Part shown: piece by piece, positions 1-8,047 of the stretch | Layout: each line of letters starts with the position of its first letter | Numbering within the stretch: position 1 is the first letter of the stretch | Origin: an uncultured Clostridia bacterium | GTDB lineage: Bacteria > Acidobacteriota > Blastocatellia > UBA7656 | Direction of reading: 5' to 3' | Length of the DNA: 64,000 nucleotides | NCBI GenBank assembly: GCA_964468725.1 | Contig: CAYXVU010000003.1 | Coordinates: 3,681-67,680 of the forward strand | Made by a program: the position numbers and the translations under genes | The notes under the pieces: model-generated | What the model saw: the letters and a program-made list of their open reading frames with translations, nothing else | What the model was told of the DNA's origin: nothing | The model's database searches: none

Positions 1-132
1 GCCATTTGGCCCTTTGATACTGGCATTGCCTAAGCGGTAAAGCTCTCCTGATGAGGGCTGCACGCGCTCTCGGCTCTGCGGTCGCGGATTGTTTGATGGT
101 GTGCCCATAATGACCTCTCATCCTCGCAAACC

Positions 133-882
133 TCAACGCCCCTGCCACAACCGTTCGGCTAGCGATACCGGCAAGCCTGCGGCGCTGATGGCCTGAGCGG
201 CGCGCTCAATCTCGTAATCGAGGCGCTGAATTTCGATGCGGCGCTGCACCGTATCGACCACGGCAAAGGAGGCGCGCGGGTCGCCGTCGCGCGGTTGTCC
301 GACCGAGCCAGGGTTGAGCAACACGGCGCGCGCGTTCTTTGGCCAGTAGACAGCTTCTTGCAGATTGCGCTCGGTGCAATGCTCGCCTTCCAGCCAGCCG
401 CAAAGCGGCGCGTGGGTATGTCCGCACAAGGCGAGTCGCGGCCATTCGGGGCGTGTGGCAATTGCCCTCAGATTGGCTTCCAGCATGGTGCTGGTGACAT
501 AGCCTGTGACATGCGTCTCGTTCAAGTAACAGCCATGTACGGCGATGAATTCGCCTGCTTCGATCTTCACAGGGGGCAAGGAGCGCAAATATGCGATGGC
601 GGAAGCGCTCAATTGGCTGCGCGTCCATTGATGCAGCAACCGTGCTTGCGGATTGGTGCCCGGCGCTTCCGTGTGATTGACGACATCCGCGTCGTGGTTG
701 CCGAGGACGGTTGTGGCAGAGATACTCCGCATCATCTCGATGCAGGCTTCGGGTTCGGCTCCATAACCGACGATGTCGCCCAAACAAACGATGCAATCCG
801 GTTGCGCCCGACGGATGGCTGATAACACTGCGCCGAGCGCCGGTAGATTCGCATGTAGGTCTGCAAGGACGGCGATTCGCAT
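133..882 (-). CDS. Calcineurin-like metallophosphoesterase (YfcE-like); last gene of the GTPase/roadblock operon
   Basis: 249-aa ORF. The N-terminus (LADLHAN...CLGDIVGYG) and later GNHD and GHTH motifs are typical of the metallophosphoesterase fold. Its start at 882 abuts the stop of the upstream gene at 883. Confidence 0.75.
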   Translation of the reverse strand: MRIAVLADLHANLPALGAVLSAIRRAQPDCIVCLGDIVGYGAEPEACIEMMRSISATTVLGNHDADVVNHTEAPGTNPQARLLHQWTRSQLSASAIAYLRSLPPVKIEAGEFIAVHGCYLNETHVTGYVTSTMLEANLRAIATRPEWPRLALCGHTHAPLCGWLEGEHCTERNLQEAVYWPKNARAVLLNPGSVGQPRDGDPRASFAVVDTVQRRIEIQRLDYEIERAAQAISAAGLPVSLAERLWQGR

Positions 883-2814
883 TCATACGCTCACGGGTTG
901 GCTCTGACAACGAAGGGCAAACCGGGTTAATTCGCGTTTGATGACTTGCGCTTCGGATGAACGCACCAGCACTTGTTCGAAGGCCGATTGCAAGCCGAGG
1001 CGCGTCACATCCTCGCTCGTCAAGCGCGCCAGCATCTCTTCTTCCAGCGCCTCGACATACCGATCAATTGCCCGACTCCAGTGGGCGTATTCATCCACCC
1101 GTTGCAGGAGCGCGTAGCCAATCATCGGCAAAGCCTGTCCGCTGTGAAAATCATCATCCAGATAGACCACTTGTTTATCGACGAGCGCCAGATTGCTTGG
1201 GTGCACATCAAGAACCAGTTCAGAGTGCGAAGCCAACAGCATGGCGGCCACAGCAGCGCGAGCAAACTCGGTGAGGGCATTGCCCAATGCCCGTTCGTCG
1301 CCCGCTTGATCAGCTTCCGCCATATCGAGGCGCAAGGGCTTAACCCAGGGAGCAATCGTCCATAACCAGAAGCTCTGCTCCCCATCCTGTTGCAGCGCAA
1401 GTACCGTGTTATGCAAAAGGAATTTGCCGAGCATCGCTTTGGCGCGAGCCAGCCGAATGAGGTGGCTGCGCCCTTCTTCGACATCTCGAAAGCGACGGCG
1501 CAGCGAAGTCTTCAAACACCAATTCCCCGCTTGATAGATAAAGAGATCAGAAGTGCCGCTGCCAACCTGCGAGCCGGATTGTCCGATCAAATCGTGGCGC
1601 AAATTGAGCCGCTCGGCGCGCACCATGCGGATGATGTCTCGACCGATAGCCGCAGGCCAGATGAAACCGCTTTGAATGTTTTCTTGCAACATGGGCGGAC
1701 TGAGACTCTCCGACGCCATCGTCAGGTTATGCGATTTGTCTGATGGATGCGCCATCCGGCGGTCGGCGGCGAGAGTTGATGGATCAACCTCGCTATCTGC
1801 GCTTTCGTCGGATGCAACTCGGAGAGGTTCAACAGGCGGGAGGCTGAAGGGGGCGGCTGTCTTCGGTTCGGCAATGGCAATCGAACCGATGGTCTGACCA
1901 GAGTCGGAGGGGTCGGCTGCCGCTTGTGACAAAACGGCTCCGACCGCATCGGCGGGTGCGCCTTCGTCAGTTGCCGAATTATGAGTTAAGAGATCATCGA
2001 GAGACCGTGAGAGAGGAAGCGGGTCAATCTTCTGTAAGGTTCGATAGAGGTCGTGTTCAGATTCCGGTTTGCCTTCCAGCGCGACAATTCCATGTTCAAG
2101 GATGAATTGTTGCGTGCGATTGGCCGCCGCGCGAATGGCTAAGACGACCGTTTCACGCACCCCGATGCCCTCTTGTGCGCGCGCCGGGATGATGGGAACA
2201 CGGTCATCGAGGTCTAAAGCTTGGGCGATTTGGGTCGGCGACAACGCGTCGATCACATCCTGTTTGTTGGCTTGGACGACGATGGGGATGTGCTGAGCCG
2301 AATGGGATTGCAGATAGCTGCGCAGGCGATCCAAACGTTTGCGCCCTTCTTGAACCCCTTCCGGCGTGCTATCGCAGACAAAGACGATGGTGTCGGCTTT
2401 GGTTAACAGCAGCGCGCGGCGACGTGCCAGCACCAAATGGCCCGGCGCGGTGATCAGTTGACAGCGCAAAGGATGCCCACAGACCAGCCCGCCGTCAATG
2501 TGCAACCAGTCGAAGAACAAGGTGCGCTCGTTGAGCGCCTCCGGCGTATACAGTTCGCTGCGCCGCATCAGAGTGAAGAAGTTGCAGAGTTGACGCAGGT
2601 TGGTCGTTTTGCCAGCCATCACCGTGCCGTCATAAATAATCCGCACGATCAGCCGGTGATTATCGCTATCGAATATCGCCAAATCCGTTACTCCGTCAGT
2701 TAGGGTCGGGCGTGGCCACGGCAAGTGCAGAACCTTCTCTGCACGGCGCACCAGCGCGGGTGATTGGATAGGGGCGGGCGGGGGAGAAGTCAAAAATCGG
2801 TCGGTTGCCCTCAC
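883..2814 (-). CDS. Multidomain signalling protein: N-terminal Ras/MglA-like small GTPase domain, a Ser/Pro/Ala-rich linker, and a C-terminal protein-kinase/APH-like (possibly pseudokinase) domain
   Basis: P-loop GTVMAGKTT and G4 NKQD motifs lie in the first ~230 aa. The linker is low-complexity. The C-terminal part has a catalytic-loop-like LDVHPSNLAL and a DFG-like YLDDDF. Confidence 0.55.
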   Translation of the reverse strand: MRATDRFLTSPPPAPIQSPALVRRAEKVLHLPWPRPTLTDGVTDLAIFDSDNHRLIVRIIYDGTVMAGKTTNLRQLCNFFTLMRRSELYTPEALNERTLFFDWLHIDGGLVCGHPLRCQLITAPGHLVLARRRALLLTKADTIVFVCDSTPEGVQEGRKRLDRLRSYLQSHSAQHIPIVVQANKQDVIDALSPTQIAQALDLDDRVPIIPARAQEGIGVRETVVLAIRAAANRTQQFILEHGIVALEGKPESEHDLYRTLQKIDPLPLSRSLDDLLTHNSATDEGAPADAVGAVLSQAAADPSDSGQTIGSIAIAEPKTAAPFSLPPVEPLRVASDESADSEVDPSTLAADRRMAHPSDKSHNLTMASESLSPPMLQENIQSGFIWPAAIGRDIIRMVRAERLNLRHDLIGQSGSQVGSGTSDLFIYQAGNWCLKTSLRRRFRDVEEGRSHLIRLARAKAMLGKFLLHNTVLALQQDGEQSFWLWTIAPWVKPLRLDMAEADQAGDERALGNALTEFARAAVAAMLLASHSELVLDVHPSNLALVDKQVVYLDDDFHSGQALPMIGYALLQRVDEYAHWSRAIDRYVEALEEEMLARLTSEDVTRLGLQSAFEQVLVRSSEAQVIKRELTRFALRCQSQPVSV

Positions 2815-2873
2815 CCTCTCGGATCGAAGTGAGTTGGCTCACCGCAATCCGAGAGCAGCCGAGGACGTTGGCG

Positions 2874-3278
2874 CTAGGCGGCGGCCTCAACCGCTGTCAG
2901 CGCTGTACGAGCTTTGCTTAACACCATACCGAGATTAGCCGAGATTCGACAAACCGTCACCATCACCATGTCTTCGTTGCGTTTGCCGCGCTGGAAAATG
3001 TGAATCAGATTGTCGGACAGAATGACGATCTCCTGAAAGTAATGATGCCCATCGTCCGCTACTCCGCGTGAGCGCTTGAACATCCGTTCAATCTCACTGA
3101 CGTTGGTGCCTTGAAAGATGTCGCCGGTGGCTGCGGCAACGAGGTCAAGCACTTCTTGCGGATGGCTGTCTACCGTCTTGATGGCGAGCAGCATGCCGGT
3201 TTTCATGTCAACGAATCCGGCGGCGACGCACTCGGGAACCGTTTTTTGCACGTTTGCGATTTCGTTATCTAAACTCAT
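2874..3278 (-). CDS. Roadblock/LC7 (MglB-like) domain protein
   Basis: 134 aa. The size and sequence pattern (GxxDxxTGMLL...; a hydrophobic core followed by a small C-terminal helix) are typical of roadblock/LC7 GTPase regulators. Confidence 0.75.
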   Translation of the reverse strand: MSLDNEIANVQKTVPECVAAGFVDMKTGMLLAIKTVDSHPQEVLDLVAAATGDIFQGTNVSEIERMFKRSRGVADDGHHYFQEIVILSDNLIHIFQRGKRNEDMVMVTVCRISANLGMVLSKARTALTAVEAAA

Positions 3279-3329
3279 TTTTACGCTCCTTTGCGATTTG
3301 GGTTACTGAACAGACCGTAGTTGGGGCAA

Positions 3330-3737
3330 CTAGGGGACAAGCGGCTCAATAGTTGGGATGATGGATTTTACTTGCGCCCATCCCATGCCGATATTGGTGG
3401 TCTTTTTGGTCACCAGCATGACGACTGCTTTGCCGCCTTTGATCGTTTTGGCAAAGTGAAAGTTGTGCTCGGAGGTGACGTGAACTTCCTGAAAGTAGTG
3501 CTCGCCGTTTTCCGGCACGCCGCGATGGGCGCGAACCATCTGTTCGACGCGCCCGATATTCGGGCCGCGAAACAGGTCCATGGTTGCCGCCGCCACGACT
3601 TCGTTGAGGGTTTGTGTGTACTGTGAACCGTTGTGGATGCCGAGCAACATTCCAGTATCCAGGTCTACAACGCCACAGGCAACAGCGCCATCCACTTTAC
3701 TCACTACTTCTTTACACGCATCATCTATTTTCCCCAT
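3330..3737 (-). CDS. Roadblock/LC7 (MglB-like) domain protein, paralog of 2874..3278
   Basis: 135 aa. Clearly paralogous to the adjacent gene (VVDLDTGMLLGI vs FVDMKTGMLLAI). Confidence 0.75.
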   Translation of the reverse strand: MGKIDDACKEVVSKVDGAVACGVVDLDTGMLLGIHNGSQYTQTLNEVVAAATMDLFRGPNIGRVEQMVRAHRGVPENGEHYFQEVHVTSEHNFHFAKTIKGGKAVVMLVTKKTTNIGMGWAQVKSIIPTIEPLVP

Positions 3738-3747
3738 AACATTCTCC

Positions 3748-5106
3748 TTATGATTTTTCCTGAACCGGCAGCAATCTCCGCGCTACGGTTGCCACCTGCG
3801 AACGGAAGCGCGAAACCGCGTTTCGTTCGGGCAGCACATCGGCCATCAAGAGCGCGTAATCGGCATCTCTGTTCCAGAGGATTGCGATGCCGAAATCTTG
3901 ATAAACACATTCGAAGGCGCCGGACGGAGTGGCGCCGCATAGCCCGTTGACCTGTTGCAATAGGCTGAGGGTCACGTCTGGCAACCCGGCGATGTGCGCG
4001 TCATCTTGCATCATGACCAACCGGTGATCGGATAAAGTGACGACCGCCAATATGGCTCTGGCAGCCAAATTCGGCGGTACGGCGCGAATCGCCTCCCTTC
4101 CGCGCGCGGGAATGATACCTGCGGTTTGGTTGAGGAAGTTTTCGACAAGGGGCAGAGCATCAGCGGACTTGAGAGACCCAGTATTCTTGAGGGTCTTTTC
4201 GATCAGTCCTTGTTGCAGAAGTTCATAGAAGGCTTTATAGCATTCAAATTCGGAGAGCAGGGCGCGGTTGAAAATCTCTTCGACCGTCAACTGCCCATCA
4301 ATCAATTCATAGACCTTATAAATCCGTTTGCTCAAGCGGATGGAGTTGGTATCTTCGGCGAAATCGAAGAGGCTGCTCTCCAGATCGAAATCGTCATTGC
4401 CGGTCGTCACCGGAGTGGAAATCGTCGTCTTGCGAAAGACGAGGTTCGCCGCCGGAATGACCTTTTCGATGATCGGCCACTCGTCGCTGATCTGTGCGGC
4501 TTCCATCAGTAATCGGTCAATGCTGATCGGTTGCACCGTGCCCGTATCGTATTCGACCGTGACATCCGTATCGAAGAAGAATTCGCCGTATTGCAGGCGA
4601 AAGGCATGAAACATCGCATGCTGCATCTGCGCGGTGACGCCGTCGGCGATATCATCAAGCGAGCAGGTGCCTTGACTGAGCAGAATTGACCCCAGCCGTC
4701 GCGGCGAGGCGACTTGGGCGAGCAACGCGCCTTGCAGGTCGGCAAGCGAAAGCTTACCGGCGCGCAAAAGGATTTCGCCCAAGCGATTTTTCGCTTCGGG
4801 GTCTGCCGAACTGGCCATCACCAAACAGCCTTTATCAAAGCCCAGGGTGATCTTCTCCACGTTCGATTCGACGTGCAGCAGTCCGGTCTTTTTTTGTAGC
4901 CCAATCAATTGCAAAATGTCGGGGAGAGGGAAATCTTTCAGCGTGCCTTCCAGAGCCATGGTTTTCCCTGCCCGATCAGATTGAAACGATATGGATCTCT
5001 GTTCATCAGCAGACTTCAAATATTCAGTCACAGGTTGTTCCAGTAACACAGATTTACATTGCCCTTTCCAAATAAAATCGAAAGGTGGCGAAAAAAAACC
5101 GAGCAA
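3748..5106 (-). CDS. DUF4388 (PATAN-like) domain protein with a C-terminal roadblock-like region; first gene of the operon
   Basis: The N-terminus LKDFPLPDILQLIGLQKKTGLLHVE matches the DUF4388 signature. The C-terminal ~110 aa resemble a roadblock/longin fold. It lies 10 nt upstream of the next roadblock gene. Confidence 0.55.
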   Translation of the reverse strand: MLGFFSPPFDFIWKGQCKSVLLEQPVTEYLKSADEQRSISFQSDRAGKTMALEGTLKDFPLPDILQLIGLQKKTGLLHVESNVEKITLGFDKGCLVMASSADPEAKNRLGEILLRAGKLSLADLQGALLAQVASPRRLGSILLSQGTCSLDDIADGVTAQMQHAMFHAFRLQYGEFFFDTDVTVEYDTGTVQPISIDRLLMEAAQISDEWPIIEKVIPAANLVFRKTTISTPVTTGNDDFDLESSLFDFAEDTNSIRLSKRIYKVYELIDGQLTVEEIFNRALLSEFECYKAFYELLQQGLIEKTLKNTGSLKSADALPLVENFLNQTAGIIPARGREAIRAVPPNLAARAILAVVTLSDHRLVMMQDDAHIAGLPDVTLSLLQQVNGLCGATPSGAFECVYQDFGIAILWNRDADYALLMADVLPERNAVSRFRSQVATVARRLLPVQEKS

Positions 5107-5471
5107 CCAATACCGAATCGGCTCACTATATTTTCAGGGGCAACGATGTGGGGAGGTTAAGGGACTGCCCAAACAGACACCTTATACAGGTATCATTCCT
5201 GAAAGATTACGCGTTATGCCAATTGTACCCGCGATGATCATGTCATCATGACCATCAGTCCACTGGTGCTCTTGGAAGCCTGACCAACCTGAGTATAGGG
5301 GGGAGTAACTTATTATTCCGCTCTAAAATTAACTATTCGCCGATCCCACAAAAGAATTACCATTAAGCTTTCGCTGCATCAATAGTTTTTTTTTGTTTGA
5401 GCGAGTTTTTTTTTATGATCTTCTGAGGGCAAGGGAAAGATTTGGCTGCCCTAGCGTCCGATGAGGGCTGT

Positions 5472-6662
5472 CTAAGGGGCAGCGAGCGTGCCATCACCGG
5501 CGACCTTTACGGCGGCTTGCCCGAAGTCAGCGAGCGAAAGCTGCCGGATGACTTCAATTACTTCACCCGGCGGATCGAGTTTCGGCCCGCCCGGTCGCTC
5601 TTGTTTGGCCGCCTGAATTTTACCGCCGAGAAAGCTGCCATCGAGACCGAGTCGCACCGTTAAGATCAACGACAGGCCGTTCGGGCCGCTGAGACTGAAA
5701 CGCCCATACGTGGCGAAGTTGCCGAGTGAATAGGCGATCAACCGGTTCTTGTAAACCTCCATGCCGCGCACCACATGCGGGCCATGACCAATTACCAAGT
5801 CGGCGCCCGCATCAATCATCTCGCGGCTGAAGCGCCGCAGATCGCCGCGATTCTCACCGAAGAAGATTTCCGTGCCGTACGGCACATGCTGACGCGATGC
5901 GCCCTCGGCTCCGCCATGAAACGAGACGATGATCAGATCGTTCTTCGCCGCCAACCCGGCGACCACAGCCCGTGCCGCTTCGATCTTGTTGAGGTTGTAA
6001 GACGAGTCGTAGTTCGAAAAGGCGATGAGTGCCAGCCGTCTGCCTTTGACCAGTAGTTGGGCGATGTCGCCGACGGCGCCCGAATGGGCGATGCCGAGCC
6101 CATCAAGCACGCGCATCGAACTGAGCCGACCTTCGACGCCAAAATCGAGCGCGTGATTATTTGCCAGACTCAACACATCGAACCCCGCGTCCTTCAAATG
6201 ACGACCGTAGCGGGTTGGCACGCGAAAGGCGTAGCAGTTTGCCTTGCCCGGCGGGCATTTCGTCGAGCTTCCGCCTTCGAGCATCGGCCCTTCGAGGTTG
6301 CCAAAGGCCAAGTCAGCGGCGGATAAGATGGGCGTGACCTCTTTGAGCAACTCTGCGCCGTCATTGGGAGGCAACAGCGATGCATCCGGCCAGGTCGAGC
6401 CGAGCATAATATCGCCGACAGCGGCAAAACTGATCTCCGATTCGGTCTGCACTCCGCTAACAGATGGAGGCGCAGTCGGCGTATCGGCTTCCGCCGTTTG
6501 AATGAGGGATTTTCGGGAGTCTGCTTCCGAGAAGAACCGCAAGGCAAGCAGAGTGGCGACCAGTAAAATGACAATCAGAGGGCAGGCAAGAAGAATCCAC
6601 CGTTTTGTATTCATGAGGGTTCCCACAAAGCTGACGATCTTGAGAGGTAATGCGGGGGCCAA
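5472..6662 (-). CDS. CapA/PgsA-family poly-gamma-glutamate synthesis protein (membrane-anchored metallophosphatase fold)
   Basis: N-terminal TM helix. It carries the conserved CapA motifs (GDIML...; LANNHALDFG; HGGAEG; GHGPHV). Confidence 0.8.
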   Translation of the reverse strand: MAPALPLKIVSFVGTLMNTKRWILLACPLIVILLVATLLALRFFSEADSRKSLIQTAEADTPTAPPSVSGVQTESEISFAAVGDIMLGSTWPDASLLPPNDGAELLKEVTPILSAADLAFGNLEGPMLEGGSSTKCPPGKANCYAFRVPTRYGRHLKDAGFDVLSLANNHALDFGVEGRLSSMRVLDGLGIAHSGAVGDIAQLLVKGRRLALIAFSNYDSSYNLNKIEAARAVVAGLAAKNDLIIVSFHGGAEGASRQHVPYGTEIFFGENRGDLRRFSREMIDAGADLVIGHGPHVVRGMEVYKNRLIAYSLGNFATYGRFSLSGPNGLSLILTVRLGLDGSFLGGKIQAAKQERPGGPKLDPPGEVIEVIRQLSLADFGQAAVKVAGDGTLAAP

Positions 6663-6705
6663 TCGTCAGATTCGACTCGGATCGCTAACCATTGCTTGCG
6701 GCGCA

Positions 6706-7386
6706 TCAGCGCGCATGCGAGTTGCCGATTAAGCCCGCATGCTCAGCGCGACGAATGGCTTCCAGCCGGTTATGCGCTCCGAGTTTCCGTAAAATATGCT
6801 GCACATGGTTGTTTACTGTCGTGCGGCTGATATGCAGCCGTTCGGCTATTGCTGCAGTCGAAGCCCCTTTGGCAAGCCAGCGTAGGACTTCTAATTCTCG
6901 CCCGGTCAACTCCGCTTCGCGGGTTGGAGCGCGGGTCACGGAGAGCAACGATGCGGCCTCTTCGGTCGGCATATGGGTCTCCGTTGCCACGAAATCACGC
7001 ACCAGAATCTCTAGCTTCTTGCGCACATCAATCTGGCGAACGATGTGGATAGAGGAGGGGGCGCGCGCTCCCGATTCGTGAGCCAGCAATACGGAGACGT
7101 TGCACCACCGCTTGCCTTGCGGCGTCTCCATCTGCAAGTCGAAATTTCGAATCGGATGATGTCGCTCTACCGATTGCAACACCACACATTGAGGCGAGCA
7201 AAACGGCCCGCACTCGTCTGCGCCTTTGATGATCTCTCCGCAAGCCTTGCCGATAGCCTCTTCCGCAGAGAGGTTGAAGAAGGCTGCGGCAGCTTGATTC
7301 CACGCAAAGATCAATCCTTCACTGTCAATGGCGAAAGCCGAATCGGCAGTGCTCTCGACCAACTCGATGATCTCTTGACGACGCAT
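6706..7386 (-). CDS. PAS-domain / LuxR-family HTH transcriptional regulator
   Basis: The C-terminal GRELEVLRWLAKGASTAAIAERLHISRTTVNNHVQHILRKLG is a canonical LuxR/GerE HTH. The N-terminal ~120 aa are PAS-like. Confidence 0.75.
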   Translation of the reverse strand: MRRQEIIELVESTADSAFAIDSEGLIFAWNQAAAAFFNLSAEEAIGKACGEIIKGADECGPFCSPQCVVLQSVERHHPIRNFDLQMETPQGKRWCNVSVLLAHESGARAPSSIHIVRQIDVRKKLEILVRDFVATETHMPTEEAASLLSVTRAPTREAELTGRELEVLRWLAKGASTAAIAERLHISRTTVNNHVQHILRKLGAHNRLEAIRRAEHAGLIGNSHAR

Positions 7387-7567
7387 CTTGATTCCCTAAG
7401 CGTAAACCGTTTCCTGCGTGATTATTGTTCACGATGAACCGAAAGGCAATCGCAAATCCTCCCGCCCTGCACACATGAATCAGAAAAATGATGCAATCAG
7501 ATTATTTACCCGATCTGCTGAAATAATGATGATAGCGGACAAAAAGGTAAGGTAGTCGGAATTATCC
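7387..7567. promoter_or_regulatory. Divergent promoter region between the PAS-LuxR gene and the Rrf2-led respiratory operon, with a candidate operator (inverted repeat ATTATTT-N14-AAATAAT)
   Basis: A 180-nt AT-richer spacer separates divergent genes. The inverted repeat lies ~20-60 nt upstream of the Rrf2 start. Confidence 0.3.
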
Positions 7568-8047
7568 ATGATGATTTTTTCAAAGACCACAGCTTACGGA
7601 GTTCGCGCCATGGCCTACCTCGCCATGCATCCTGCGCTGTGTGGTCTGAAAGAGATTGCTGAGAACGAAAAGATTCCCCCGGTCTACTTGCGAAAAGTGT
7701 TGGGCGAGTTGCGCAGGCATCGCCTCTTGCGCTCCGTTAGAGGATTGCATGGAGGCTATGAATTGGCTCGCGCGCCCGAAGCGATCACCTTGCTCGATGT
7801 TTTTCAGGTGTTGGAACCCGATCCTTATCTGGATGCCTGCATTTTGGGGCATGAGGTGTGTAAGGCCGAAACTGCCTGCGCGTTGCACGCGGAATGGCAA
7901 GGCGTGCGCGAAGAGATTGTCCGGTTATTGCAGAGTAAAACGATCTCTGATTTGGCACAGGCCACAGCGATAGACCGACCGGTTTCTATTACAGAGAGCG
8001 ACTCTCGTTGGGAAGCGCAGGAAAATTCGGATGAGTGGGAGCGATGA
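7568..8047 (+). CDS. Rrf2-family transcriptional regulator (NsrR/IscR-like, with a Cys-x-x-Cys-x5-Cys cluster-binding region)
   Basis: N-terminal winged-helix KTTAYGVRAMAYLA plus the C-terminal cysteine triad CILGHEVCKAETAC. Its stop overlaps the next start (ATGA at 8044-8047). Confidence 0.8.
   Translation: MMIFSKTTAYGVRAMAYLAMHPALCGLKEIAENEKIPPVYLRKVLGELRRHRLLRSVRGLHGGYELARAPEAITLLDVFQVLEPDPYLDACILGHEVCKAETACALHAEWQGVREEIVRLLQSKTISDLAQATAIDRPVSITESDSRWEAQENSDEWER

Noticed and set aside
5107-5471. AT-richer 365-nt spacer with T-runs and a GC hairpin, considered as an intrinsic terminator for capA
   Set aside because: The relative order of the hairpin and the T/A tract does not fit a terminator on either strand. 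It is more likely the promoter region of the DUF4388 operon. No RNA gene signature was seen.
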